A stretch of 63,866 nucleotides of DNA, the filler included, from Chiloscyllium plagiosum (Eukaryota), in assembly GCF_004010195.1 (NCBI RefSeq). It is 3 parts of one record of this genome, joined end to end, with 100 filler letters (N's around TTAATTAATTAA, not from the genome) between each part and the next. Parts side by side here need not be neighbours in the genome. Positions count along the whole stretch, not along the records: positions 27,619 to 56,184 come from NC_057711.1; positions 56,285 to 63,866 come from NC_057711.1; 1 more part is not named here. One strand, written 5' to 3'. This document shows positions 51,068 through 63,809 of the stretch, piece by piece; position 1 is the stretch's first letter; every line of letters starts with the position of its first letter. A program made the translations under genes and the position numbers. Under the pieces are notes generated by a model. That model made no database searches, was not told the origin of the DNA, and was given only the letters and a program-made list of their open reading frames with translations.

Positions 51068-54000
51068 GTGCTTCAAATAAACCTGTTGGACTGTAACCTG
51101 GTGTCGTGTGATTTTCAACTTTGTCCACCCCAGACCAACACTGGCACCTCCACATCATGCTTGAGAAAGGATGGGCTGGCACTGGAGGGAATGCAGACAA
51201 GGTTCCGAAGGTTGATTCTGGAATTGAGAGGATTATCTTATGAGGAGAGATTGAGTAGACTGGGACTATACTCATAGGAATTTCAAAGAAGGAGGGTGAA
51301 TCTTATAGAAACATATAAAATTATTAAGGGAATAGATAAGATAGAAGCAGGAAGGTTGTTTCCACTGGTGGGTGAAACTAAAACTAGAGGGCATAGTCTC
51401 AAAATAAAGGGGAGCAAATTTAGGACTGAGTTGAGGAGGAACCTGTTCACCCAAAGGGTTGTGAATCTGTGAAATTCCCTGCCCAGTAAAGCAGTTGAGG
51501 CTGCCTCGTTGAATGTTTATAAGGCAAAGATAGATTTTTGAATTGTAAAAAAATAAGGGTTACGGTGTGCAGGCAGGTAAGTGGAGTTGAGTCCACAAAA
51601 AGATCAGTCATGTTTTTAATGGATGGTGGAGCAGGCTCAATGGGCAAAATGACTCCTATTTCTTATGTTCTTATGTTTCCCTCTGTAGATGCTGCCAGAT
51701 CTATTGAATTTTCCCAGCAATTTCTGATTTTCTTTTAAAATTCAATATTTCTTTGGCACATAATCCCTGCCACATTATTGTTACAACCTACCTCAGCTGT
51801 GACAATGACAGCATTCAAAGATTGCCACAGATTGGAAGGGGAAAGAAGAGATGAAGCAGGAAAAAGAATCACAGATGTTGGGCATTAATTCAGAGGCTGC
51901 CCAAGAACTACATCTTCAGATCCAGGCATTTGAAACATGGCCCTGTCTGGTCTGAAGTCAAGGTTTAGTACAGGGAAGCCCTGTGTATTGCTGTGAAATT
52001 CATAAGCTTTTATGCAATTGAACCATTCCAAGACACTACTAGTGACATTTTCAAATTAGTCACATTTCTGCCCACTAATGCTTCAAGTACGTCACAGAAG
52101 CCTTGATTTCCAAGGTCAGCATTTATGCCACCTCCCCAATTGTTAAAAAAAAGTAAGTGCGTTAGGTTTACTAATTAATGTGACTTAGAATGCATTTATA
52201 AGCAAATTAAATAAAAGTCAATTTTATCATTTTACATCTTCCTGATTAGGCTGCATTTGTTGTGCTATTACGAGTTTTTGTCCCCTCACATGGCATAATG
52301 GTCTCAGGAAAAGCTCATGGCATGAATGATCACTACTTTAAAAAAATGCATGGCTAGGCAAATAGCTTAAGAATCTGGATTTATTTACTTTAGAGTAGCA
52401 TAAATGTACAGATGGCCTGATAGGTTTTATAAAATAATGAAACAAATAGCTGGAATGCCTATTGATAGATTATTTCAGTTGAACAAAGTTGAACAGGGAG
52501 AAGTGCAGTTAAATTTCTAATAGTGGCTGTATGCTTGTTATTAGTTTGTTGCTATTTTCTTAGAGAGTGGTAAACCTCGAGAATGCATTGTTCACTGGTG
52601 TAATAGATGCTGACTTTCTCTTCCTACCTTATTGGCAGTTATTACAACCAGAAACCAGAACCTAATAATTCATGTTATTGTGAGTCTAGATGGGATACCC
52701 CAAATTGTCAAGCTCATCAGTGAGGAGGGATGAACTGGTGTCCCTTATTTATTCACCAGTCCCATTTTTATTAATAAAGTTAATTCACAAAGGATCTCCT
52801 CCTTGCAATATATTTCTTCCCGTTAAATATAATGAATTTATGTTTAAAAGGATTCAATTTAACCGGGCTTTCTTGAATTTACAAAAGAGTGAATTTATTA
52901 GCTACTAAATATGGAAAGGAATGATAATGCAAAGCACATAGACAGAATGGAAATGAGAAGTGAGTTAAAAGAAAAGATATATGTTAGAAGATATACAAGT
53001 CTCTCTGGGTCATTCGTGAAGAGTAGATTGTGGAACATTGATAATTAAACATTTCAAGGTTCTTGGCTTTGCAGATTAGTTGCAATCCTTTTGGGCTTTT
53101 TTTTGATGGTGGTTGACTGGCATCACTCAGAAAGAGAAAGTAATTTTTGTCCCTTTTCCTTTTGATTGATGTATTGGCTTTCTGGCTTCTAGCTCTTAGA
53201 GCAAGTGAGTTCCTTTACCTGCAACACAGGGCTGACTAGTGGATGGTTCTTTGACTGAGACCTTCACAGCACAAGTAATACTTGAACTCAAGCAAGTAAC
53301 GAGTGCCCCAGCTCACTGGCATACAAGAGCTCCCAGCTCCCTAGCACACTTTTTCCATTAATACACCCCTATCCATTCTTCAAAGGGGAAGAATGTCTGT
53401 CACTCAGACTACTGTCTTTCCCCTATCATGATTACAATCTGAGGCAGATCCCAGGAGATTACAGTTCACCTTATAGTATAGGCTACTCTTTTAAGTATAT
53501 CCCTCAGAAGCTTCCTCAACACCACATCAGGTGTGACATTCCAAGATCTTTCTCTACAGACAGCCTCTGAATTTACATCCACTGTTATTTTGACTATAGC
53601 TGTTTTCTTTTAAAAAAAAGTGTTGGAATTTAAGTCTATAGATAATCATGAATTGTGATCTATGTCATGTCAATGTTGCAGAGATTGCATCACATGGAAG
53701 TTAAGTGGTTTTGCAGATAACATATTGACTGATGTGATTTCCTAGATTACTTTTGATCACCTGAGAGTTTGGAGAAGAAATATTATTTCTCTATTGGCCT
53801 GGAGTTTTTTTCTCTATTTTCTGCCCAGGAGGTTTGTGGGTGTAGGTTTGTAGGTTATGGGTGAGTAGGAATCATTTAATCTTGACGCTGAAAGCCACGT
53901 GAGCTGTGGGCAGCTTAATGGACCAGCTGATATTCTTTTTCCTTGTTCACCATTTTCATATAGATTCAGAGAATCATAGAATTGCTACCAACCACAGGTG

Positions 54001-54654
54001 GATATTCTATCTGTTGTGTCCATGCCAACTCACTGCAAAAGCAACTCAGTTCATCCTGAACCTTGCTTTTTCATTGTAATCCTGAAAACACTTTCTCTTC
54101 AGATAATTACCCAAATACCTTTGTAATGATATCATCAAATCTGCTTTCATCAAAGTGCAACCTCTATCCAAGCTCAGCTCAACTTCCTCTTCTCCAAGGA
54201 GAACAGCCACACCTTATCAGGCCAGGCCAACATCTATCCTGTGTGAAGTCAGACATACTGCACCATTCTTTTTAAGTCTTGACTATATTTTCTATGCCCC
54301 TATTTATAAATCCTTGAATTCCATGTGCCTTATTAACCACTTTCTCAAATGATCCTGCAGCCTTTAGGGCGATTTCTAAAATGCCATGCAACTGGGCTAG
54401 CTGGCATCTTACAGGAATTACTGTTTGTTTGCAACCTAATTGTTCTCTGGGCATACATTCCTGACTGCTACGTAGTTGCACATGTACCTTGCTTACAGGG
54501 AACCTTGCTCCTCCTGTTCAAAACGTAATCCTGTAACCTAGCTATAAGTTATCCTTCCTAATGTTTCAATGTTAATTTTTGCCTGATCATGTTCCTATGA
54601 AGTGCCTTGGGAGATTTTACTATATTGAAGACAATGTATAAATGCAAGTTGTTG

Positions 54655-54965
54655 TCATGTGGCAGAATGGCTCAGGGTTAGTCAGAGCCAGGGACCAAGG
54701 ATTGATTCCATCCTTGGGTGACTGGCTGCGTGGAGTTTGCACATTCATTTGGGTTTCCTCCCACAGTCCAAAATGTGTGTGTTAGATGGATTGGCCATGC
54801 CTAATTGCCTATAATGTCCAGGGATGTGTAGGCTAGGTGAATTAGTCGTGGGAAATGTGGGGTTACAGGAATAGTACAGAGGGAGTGGGTCTTGATGGGA
54901 GGGCCTGACAGTGTGGACTTGATGGGCTGAATGGCCTACTTCTATACTATACTGATTCAATGATT
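54655..54965 (+). mobile_element. HE1-type V-SINE inside an older minus-strand CR1 (approx. 53965-55220)
   Basis: GTGGCAGAATGGCTCAGGGTTAG...GTGGAGTTTGCACATTC...GGGTTTCCTCCCACAGTCCAAA...GATGGGCTGAATGGCCT. Confidence 0.75.
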
Positions 54966-55222
54966 TGATTCTTTACTGATTTGTGCACATCTACACCTAG
55001 ACTGCTCTGTTCCTGGACCTCTTTCAGAATTGTATCTTTTATATTGCCTCTCCTCCTCATCTTAGGAAAATGAATCACTTCACATTTCTCTGCATTAAAT
55101 TTCAATTTAAGTATTCACCTATTCTACCAACTATGCCCTTCTGCAATATAGTATAGTTTACAATGCCATCAAGTGTTGAAAGTTTTCACAAATCTTGAAA
55201 TAATGTCCTACTCATCCAAGTC

Positions 55223-56184
55223 AACATAGAACATAGAACAATACAGCGCAGAACAGGCCCTTCGACCCTTGATGTTGCGCTGACCTGTGAACTATTCTCA
55301 GCTCGTCCCCCTACACTATCCCAAAATCATCCATGTGCTATCTAAGGATTGTTTAAATCTCCCTAATGTGGCTGAGTTGACTACATTAGCAGGTAGGGCA
55401 TTCCACACCCTTACCACTCTCTGCGTAAAGAACTTGCCTCTATCATCTGTCTTAAATCTATCACCCCTCAATTTGTAGTTATGCCCTCTCGTACAAGCTG
55501 GCATCATCATCCGAGGAAAAAGTCTTTCTCTGTCTACCCTATCAAATTCTCTGATCATCTTGTATGTCTCTATCAAATCCCCCCTTAGCCTTCTTCTTTC
55601 CAATGACAACAGACCCAAGTCTCTCAGCCTTTCCTAATAAGACCTTCCCTCCAAATCAGGCAACATCCTGGTAAATCTCCTCTGCACCTTTTCCAATGCT
55701 TCCACATCCTTTCTGTAATGGGGTGACCAGAACTGTACACAATAATCCAAGTGTGACCACACCAGCATTTTGTATAGTTGCAGCATGATATTGCGGTTCC
55801 GGAACTCAATCCCTCTACCAATGAAACCTAACACCACATGCCTTCTTCACAGTACTATCCATCTGGGTGGCAACTTTCAGGGATCTATGCACATGGACTC
55901 CAAGATCCCTCTGCACATCCACACTACCAAGAATCTTTCCATTGACCCAGTACTCTGCCTTCCTGTTATATTTCCCAAAGTACAACACCTCACATTTAGC
56001 TGCATTGAACTCCATTTGCCACCTCTTAGCTCAATTCTGCAGTTTATCCAAGTCCCCCTGCAGCATGTAACATTCTTCCAAACTGTCCACTACTCCACCA
56101 ACTTTAGTGTCGTCTGCAAATTTACTAATCCATCCACCTATGCCTGCATCTAAGTCATTTATAAAAATGACAAACAGCAGTGGT
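55223..56184 (-). mobile_element. Young CR1/HER1 LINE 3' ~1 kb, cut by gap
   Basis: (ACATAGA)n tail. ORFs MEFNAAKCEVL, HLDYCVQFWSPHYRKDVEALEKVQRRFTRMLP and FFTQRVVRVWNALP. Confidence 0.9.
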
Positions 56185-56284
56185 NNNNNNNNNNNNNNNN
56201 NNNNNNNNNNNNNNNNNNNNNNNNNNNNTTAATTAATTAANNNNNNNNNNNNNNNNNNNNNNNNNNNNNNNNNNNNNNNNNNNN
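56185..56284. other. Artificial contig spacer / assembly gap
   Basis: 44 N + TTAATTAATTAA + 44 N. Confidence 0.97.
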
Positions 56285-57400
56285 ACCTCTTTTGATACTT
56301 CCAAATTCGAGATTATATACAGAAGAAGACTACGTTATTAGATAGTCTTTATAAATCCGATAGAGAATGTAGTGTCCTACGACCAGTGGGGGTATCTTCC
56401 GTCAGTAATATTTATCATTTACTACATGATGAAGTATCGGGAGATTTGGATAATCTGCTTAAAACATGGGATCAGGATCTGGGACTAGAAATCTCCACAG
56501 AAACGTGGAATGATATCTGGGAAAATGCTAGAAGAATTACTATTTGTAACAGAACCCAGGCTATCCAGCTGAAGATACTTCATAGGGCCCATATAGCACT
56601 GGTTCGATTGGCAAAATTTAAGGCAGGAGCATCTCCAATGTGTCCTAAATGCAAAATAGAGGTGGGCACTCTTGTATATTGCTTATGGACCTGTCATAAG
56701 ATCCGTGGATATTGGACTAAAGTAGCAAGTACCCTGATAGAAATTTTAGGAACGGAAATTAAAGTGGACCCCGTATCTCTCCTCTTGGGCTTTTCGAACT
56801 TTCCCTCCCTGGACACGTACGGGAAGAGACTATTTTCTATTCTTTCTTTCTGTGCAAGGAAAAATATTTTGATGAACTGGGTGGCGGAGGGCCCCCCTGG
56901 ACTTTCAAATTGGCACAGACTAATTATGGAATGTATTCCCCTTGACTTCCTTACAAATATGGTGCACCGAAAGACCGAATTATTTTATAAAATATGGTAG
57001 CCCTTTTTGAATTACATAAATACAGATATTTTGGCTATCCTAACAAGGGCTTTTATCTAATTGAGACTATGGACCTGGCTGGTCCGCGGCCTCTCGGGGG
57101 AGGAATCCCGCACGAATATGGGTTTTGTCATATCTGATGCTAACACATCCCGAGCATGTAAGAGACTTAAATATACACCCTGGTTAGTTGTAGGTTAGAT
57201 TAGTAGATAGTTGAGTTTTGTTTGTTTTTTTTTTCTTTTCGGTTTTTTTTTGTTGTTTTGTTTTTTTTGTCAAATTTTGGCTATTGTATATTTGAGCTAA
57301 TTGTATATCAATGTTTATATCTGAGAGTTTTGTTTATTTTTGTAAACTTGTAAAAATGTTAAATTTCTAATAAAAATATCTATAAAAAATAAAAAAGAAA
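56285..57400 (+). mobile_element. L1-clade LINE 3' end (related to, but distinct from, the 476-6224 element)
   Basis: The 204-aa ORF 56386-57000 (ICNRTQAIQLKILHRAH..MCPKCK..CLWTC..FCARKNIL) is homologous to 5431-5817. T-rich 3'UTR, AATAAA and A-rich tail at ~57370-57400. Confidence 0.9.
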
Positions 57401-57409
57401 TCTGCAATA

Positions 57410-57840
57410 TGACTCAACAAGCTTAATACTATCCAGGATAAAATTACATACTTGTTTGGCACCCTATTCACCACCTTTCATATTAATTCCCTTCATAACT
57501 GACACTCAGTAGCAGCAGTATGCACCATCTATAAGATGCACTGCTGTAACTCACTGAGGCTCCTCCAACATGATCTTCTAAACTCTCAACTTCTACCACC
57601 TAAAATCACAAGGTCATCCCCAGCTGTAAATTCTCTACCTTCCTGAATTAGAACCATATCAGTATTCCTTCATTGTCATTGGCTCAAAATCCCGGAACTC
57701 TCTTCCTAATAGTGCTGTGGGTGTATTAGCTTCACAAGGACTATAGAAATTCAAGAAGCTCATACCACTTATTATGAGCAATTAGGAATATGGCATTAAT
57801 ATGGTTTAGCCAACAATATCCACATTATGTGAATGAAAAC
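57410..57840 (+). mobile_element. 3' end of the CR1/L2-type family seen at 42290-42660
   Basis: ATCCAGGATAAA...GCAGTATGCACCATCTATAAGATGCACTGC...TCAAAATCCCGGAACTC...GCAATTAGG. Confidence 0.65.
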
Positions 57841-59869
57841 AAAAAGGTCATTCCCACTGTAATCATGACTTCACAGCATGATTTCTGTTCCTCATAGTTT
57901 AAATAAATGGTTCCCACCTTTATCGCAGCTCCAATTCAGGTTTTTCCAAACAATCTTTTTGCCATTAGACCAAGTCCGCTTATGCTCTCACTTTTTCCAA
58001 CATTATCACTTTAATTACTGGTCACAATGTCCCAAAGTCTGCTGTCTTGGATTAATATTTATTTGTGGTTCTTTACTTTCATTTTGGTAGCTGTGCCTTG
58101 TGGTGTCCACTGTGTATAGCAGTGGTGCTCAATTTGAACTGTGAGTAATTTTCTAATTTATTGTTTATTCAGCTTGGATTACTGTACTGTTTTAAAGTTT
58201 CCCTTAGCTCAGCAGAGATTTCAAGCTGAATTAAGACAATTGATTCAAACTGATATGTAAATACGCAGTAATGGCTTTGAATAGACAAATGTAGTTATGA
58301 GCACTTTCTCAAAGCATGATGGGAAATGTAGCTAATACTGTGGGAATGATGAGATATGTTTCCACTTCTGTCAGAGCTAACTAAGAATGTAAGTTGTAAC
58401 TATTATCCATCACTACACAGATCATGGAGATAAGAGAAACTGAAGGTTAAGTTGCCATAGGAATTAACAGACTGAAAGTTGAGACTGAGATAACAAAGAG
58501 CCCTGCATTACTTGAGAATTATAAACTGTGCTGAAACTTTTGTAATTATGGAGAAGCTATCTGGTGCAACCACACAATGATTGCCCCTAGTATTTATTTG
58601 AATGAAAATACTGTAACTGTACCTAGGACTTGAAAATGACTCAAAATCACCACAGCAATGGTTTATTCATGAAGATTCCAATGTTTTCTGTTCACTGCTG
58701 AGCTCCGACTCAGAGACGTTCCCATAGTTCACCACCTTGTGATGCAGCCTGTATTTACTACAGAGTTATGGATTCTCCATCACCAGGAAGTTGCTAATTC
58801 TCCTGTTGCAGCACACCTCTTTCCAGGTCTGAAATGTTTTAATCATTCAGTGGAGTATACTTTCTCATTGACGATTGCAATAAGGATTTCTTCCATACAG
58901 TTCTTAATTCTTCAGCTCTTCACTGCTTCTAAATGTGTTGCATGAGGAGATGACTTTAAGCTTACTCCAAAGATCAGCTCACCACATAGTATGAAGTCAA
59001 ATCAAATCCATACTCCCATGCTGTATGGGAATGCCTGATTACTACACTGTATGAGCTATTGTTCATGATGAAAGATGCTGTCACCATTGTCTTTAAGTAT
59101 AACGAACTACAGGATCTGCTTGGTCTGATTTGGGTACAGGAAAACCACTTCCTAAGTAGTAATACTCCTGAATGTCTCTGAGATGATTCTATTTCACCAT
59201 TCAGCTGCCCTTCTCTGTTAGATGCTTTTTTCTATGAAGGGTCTGTTTCCATGCTGTACAACTCTATGACTCTGCAGGAAATACCATGAGGGACATAAAA
59301 CTGGCTTGTATCCAGTCAACTGGAAGTGACACCCTCTCAATGGGGATCTACCTGCCTTCATCCTAATGTGACAGCCCACTGGCAAACAGCCCTTTCATTA
59401 TTATGAGCTTCGGGATAGTGTTACTAATCCTACTTATTTCATTTCAGCTGCTGAAAGTATGGTGCCAAGTCAACCTTTGGGTCCCTGCCTGCCTATGCCA
59501 TTTTGAATGGCCAGTTCAGGGAGAACTGTGAAATCTACACTGCACTTGAATTCATGAATAACATGAACAATAGAAGGAGACGAAGGTGTTTGAAATAAGG
59601 AAAATGAAGTTCAGTCTTTCAGTCAATAATGTTAAAAATACTTCTAATTAATAATGTTTGAAAGTCAGAAAGTATTTGATGGTGATGCAGAGATATAATT
59701 TAGTCAACATGAAGGTTGCTTTGGAACTTTGAGGAAAAAATATAAAAACAACAGCACTTTAAAAAAGGAGGAAGACAAAGGCCACATGACAAGTGAACAA
59801 AATGGAGAAAAAAACCTGGACTACTGTCTGACCCGGCAGTGAATCTGGAAAGCAGACTGCTCTGCTGTG

Positions 59870-60856
59870 AGCGAGGTGTCAATGGGGGAGCATTTTGGGG
59901 CCCGTGACCAGAATTCTATTAGTTTTAAAATAGTGATGGAAAAGGATAGACCAGACCCAAAAGTTAAAGTTTGAAATTGAAGGAAGGCTAATTTTAATGG
60001 AATTAGGCAAGAACTTTCAAAAGCTGACTGGGGGTGTGTGTGTGAAATAAAGAGATAGCTGAAATTGGGAAGCCTTCAAAAATGAAATAACGGAAGTCCA
60101 GAGACAGTATGTTTCTGTTAGGATGATGAGCAAGGCTTGAAGGTACATGGAATGCTGGATGACTAGAGAAACTGAGTTCTTGGTTAAGAAAACAAAGGAA
60201 GCATATGTCAGGTCTAGATAGCAAAGATCGAGTGAATCCTTAGAAGCTTATAAAGGCAGTAGGAATATACTAAAGAGGGAGATCAGGAGGCAAAAAGGGG
60301 ACATAAGATAGCTTTGGCAAATAGGGTTAAGGAGAATCCAAAGGGGTTCTACAAGTACATTAAGGACAAAGGGTAATGAGGGAGAGAATAGAGTCCCTCA
60401 AAGATCAGCAAGGCCGCCTATGTGTGGAACTGCAGGAGATGGGGGAAATATGAAAAGTATTTGCATCAGTGTTTACTGTGGAGAAGGACATGGAAGATAC
60501 AGAACATGGGAAAATAAATTCGCAACATCTTGAGAAATATCCATATTACAGAGGAGGAGATGCTGGACAGCTTAAACGCATGAAGGTGGATAAATCCCTG
60601 GTACCTGATCAGGTGTACCCTAGAACTCTGTGGGAAGCTAGGCAAGTGATTGCTGGGCCTCTTGCTGAGATATTCATATCAGTGATAGTCACAGGTGAGG
60701 TGCTGGAAGAGTGGAGGTTGGCTAACGTGGTACCACTATTTAAGAAAGGTGGTAAGGAAAATCTAGGGAACTATAGATGGATGAGCCTGACACTGGTGGT
60801 GGTTGTGTTGTTGGAGGGAATCCTGAGGTACAAGATTTACACGTATTTGGAAAGAT
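59870..60856 (+). mobile_element. CR1-clade LINE internal fragment
   Basis: ORF 60469-60858 (PDQVYPRTLWEA..WRLANVVPLFKKG..NYR) is closely similar to 28400-29330. Confidence 0.88.
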
Positions 60857-61462
60857 AACTAGTATCACTGATTTTTCTAAAACACTGTGTTTAATTAAGT
60901 TTAACTGAGTTAACACTAAGTGTTTTCTAAGTGTTTAACATTTGACTGTCCATGGCCATCTGTTTTCTCAATCATCTAACTTGTCTGGTTAGCTAACTGG
61001 GCTCTTTTGGATATATCCTTCCCAGATCAGAATCAATTGTTGTTATTGCTTTCTGGGGCGGTGCAATGGCAATCAAGCCCCACTATTCCCAGTGTCATCA
61101 CAAAAGATTAAGATTCAACTAAAGTACGCAAATTCCCCAATTTATTTGTCTGATCGACTCAGGTTAACAAAAAATATAGATTATTTTCAGTACTTATTGA
61201 ATACAAATGAACATATTCTAATCACAGATATACTCTTTTGCATGGTCAGCATGTCAGCAGGCATGAGTTCAAGTGCCACCTGTTGCAGAAGTGTGGAATA
61301 ATGTCTCTGAACAGGTTGATTAAAAAAAATTCCACTAATTAAAACCCGAACCCGCTTCCAAACTTACCCACTCTCACTTTCCACACGTAGACAGACAGGC
61401 ACAAATAAACAAAAAGAACCGTTGTAAGTATGGCAGGAAAATAAATACAGGGAAACAGTTAC

Positions 61463-62438
61463 AGAGTCATAGAATCATAGAGATGAACAGCATGGAAACA
61501 GACCCTTCGGTCCAACTTGTCCATGCCGACCAGGTATCCCCAACCAACCACCTGCCAGCATCCCACCCCTATCCCTTCAAACCCTTCCTATTCACATACC
61601 CATCCAGATGCCTTTAAATGTTGCAATTGTACTTGCCTCTACCATTTCCTCTGGCAGCTCATTCCGCACACGCACCATCCTCTGCATGAAAAAGTTGCCC
61701 CTTAAGTCTCTTTTATATCTTTCCCCTCTCACCCGAAACCTATGCCATCTAGTTCTGGACTTCCCCACTCCAGGGAAAAGATCCCTAGTTACCCTATCCA
61801 TGCCCTTCATGATTTTATAAATCCCTATAAGATCACCCCTCAGCCTCCAATGCTCCAGGGAAAACAGCCCTAGCCTATTCAACCTCTCCCTATAGCTCAA
61901 ATCTTCCAACNAATAATCTAAATTAAACTCCATCTGCCACTCCTCAGCCCATTGGCTCATCTGGTCAAGATCCCATTGTAATCCGAGGTAACCTTTGCTG
62001 TCCACTACACTCCCAATTTTGTTGTCATCCGCAAACTAACTAACTATACCTCTTATGCTCACATCTAAATAATTTATATAAATGATGAAAATTAGTGGAC
62101 CTAGCACCAATCCTTGTCACACTCCACTGGTCATAGGCCTCCAACCTGCAAAACAAACCTCCTCCACCATCCTCTGTTTTCTACCTTTGAGCCAGTTCTG
62201 TATACAAATGGCTAGTTCTCCCTGTATTCCATGAGATCTAACCTTGCTGATCAGTCTCCCATGGGGAACCTTGTCGAGCGCCTTACTGAAGTCCATATAG
62301 ATCATATCTACCATACTGCCCTCATCAATCCTCTTGGTTACTTCTTCAAAAAACTCAATCAAGTTTGTGAGACATGATTTCCCATGCACAAAGCCATGTT
62401 GGCTATCCCTAATCAGTCCTCGCCTTTCCAAATACATG
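61463..62438 (-). mobile_element. CR1-clade LINE RT to 3' end (internal join at N61911)
   Basis: ORFs 62117-62437 (SQHGFVHGKSCLTNLIEFFEEVT..IYMDFSKA) and 61592-62005, plus tail AGAGTCATAGAATCATAG. Confidence 0.88.
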
Positions 62439-62607
62439 CCCAGTCCTCAGAATTTAATGGGATGTTCCTTTTGTCTCCAAGTCCTTCCTTCAATTCTTTT
62501 ATGTTTTCCTTAAGATGCTTTCACTTCTTTCCAGGAGGCCAGAATGCATGGCCAACATGTTATAAAGTCTCAGACTTATTTGTTAAAAGCAACAGCTTAC
62601 AGCAACT

Positions 62608-62752
62608 AGGTAAAAACAATGACTGCAGATGCTGGAAACCAGATTCTGGATTAGTGGTGCTGGAAGAGCACAGCAGTTCAGGCAGCATCCGAGGAGCAGT
62701 AAACTCGGATGTTGCCTGAACTGCTGTGCTCTTCCAGCACCACTAATCCAGA
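62608..62752. mobile_element. Fold-back PLE derivative
   Basis: Inverted arms of ~49 bp (62645-62693 / 62704-62752). Perfect 14-bp TSD AGCTTACAGCAACT at 62594-62607 and 62753-62766. Confidence 0.85.
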
Positions 62753-63338
62753 AGCTTACAGCAACTGACGAGAGCAATCAATTGGCATTCTCTGGCTCAT
62801 GTATTTTACTGGACAGAGAGAGAGAAAAACACGACCTCCCATTCCAGAGGTTTCTATATCATTCACACTCACAAGATGGTCAGTTAGCCAGGAACCAATA
62901 AGAGACTTGTTGTCAGGCTGATGAACTTTGGAATTCACAAACTGGTCATAATTCCACAAACTGGCAACTGTGTTGCTGGCTGAATCTCACTTTGAACACA
63001 CTCACACACACACACCTGTGATGGATTGTATTCTCTTGTACCTTACCCGACTTATACTGTATTTCAATAACTTGCTTTTTAAAAGTCCAACAATTCCCTT
63101 CTCATTCCTTCGATCTGCAAACAAGAATAAAGTAAAATGAAAAATGTGACCTTTACATATAGAACGATCAATGCCTGCTCCATTTGCAATGCATCTTTCC
63201 TTCAAGAGTTCATGGCAGGAATTAAGCAGTGCAGCATAGTTTTAACTGAAGCCAACCTGCCATGATTTTGGACACTGCTGGAAATGTGTTGCTTGTAAAG
63301 CGCAGCAGGTCAGGCAGCATCCAGGGAACAGGAGAATC

Positions 63339-63366
63339 GACGTTTCGGGCATAAGCCCTTCTTCAG
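63339..63366 (-). ncRNA. Minimal hammerhead ribozyme-like motif
   Basis: CTGAAGA-A-GGGC-TTAT-GCCC-GAAA-CGTC on the minus strand. Confidence 0.6.
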
Positions 63367-63781
63367 GAATGAGGAAAGTTTGTCCAGCAGGCTAAGATAA
63401 AAGGTAGGGAGGAGGGACTTGGGGGAGGGACGTCGGAAATGTGATAGGTGGAAAGAGGTCAAGGTGAGGGTGATAGGTCAGACTGGGATGGGGGAGGAGA
63501 GGTCGGGAAGAAGATTGCAGGTTAGGAAGGCGGTGCTGAATTCGATGGATTTGACTGAGACAAGGTGGGGGGAGGGGAAATACCTTGTCTCAGTCAAATC
63601 CATCGAACTCAGCACCGCCTTCCTAACCTGCAATCTTCTTCCCCACCTCTCTGCCCCCACCCCAGTCTGGCCTATCACCCTCACCTTGACCTCTTTCCAC
63701 CTATCACATTTCCGACGCCCCTCCCCCAAGTCCCACCTCCCTACCTTTTATCTTAGCCTGCTGGACAAACCTTCCTCATTC

Positions 63782-63809
63782 CTGAAGAAGGGCTTATGCC
63801 CGAAACGTC
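63782..63809 (+). ncRNA. Minimal hammerhead ribozyme-like motif
   Basis: CTGAAGA-A-GGGC-TTAT-GCCC-GAAA-CGTC on the plus strand. Confidence 0.6.

Larger units (their letters stand above)
50701..51159. mobile_element. Fold-back PLE derivative of a second family, with a hammerhead-like core on each arm
   Basis: Inverted arms of ~180 bp (50701-50877 / 50921-51120). 10-bp TSD CTTGAGAAAG at 50691-50700 and 51160-51169. Confidence 0.82.
50620..51675 (+). mobile_element. CR1-clade LINE 3' fragment interrupted by a PLE derivative
   Basis: LEGMQTRFRRLI..LRGLSYEERLSRLGLYS and tail TTCTTATGTTCTTATG. Confidence 0.8.

Noticed and set aside
56386..57000. 204-aa ORF as a host gene
   Set aside because: It is the C-terminus of L1 ORF2, homologous to 5431-5817.
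58091..58140. Possible 50-nt plus-strand exon (ttttggtag...gtgagt)
   Set aside because: Isolated, with no recognisable peptide and no partner exons found.
60860..61460. Possible LTR-like remnant (also ~52900-53700)
   Set aside because: No clear termini or TSD could be identified.
61911..61911. Apparent internal deletion in CR1 at a single N
   Set aside because: Coincides with an ambiguous base and is probably an assembly join rather than a biological deletion.
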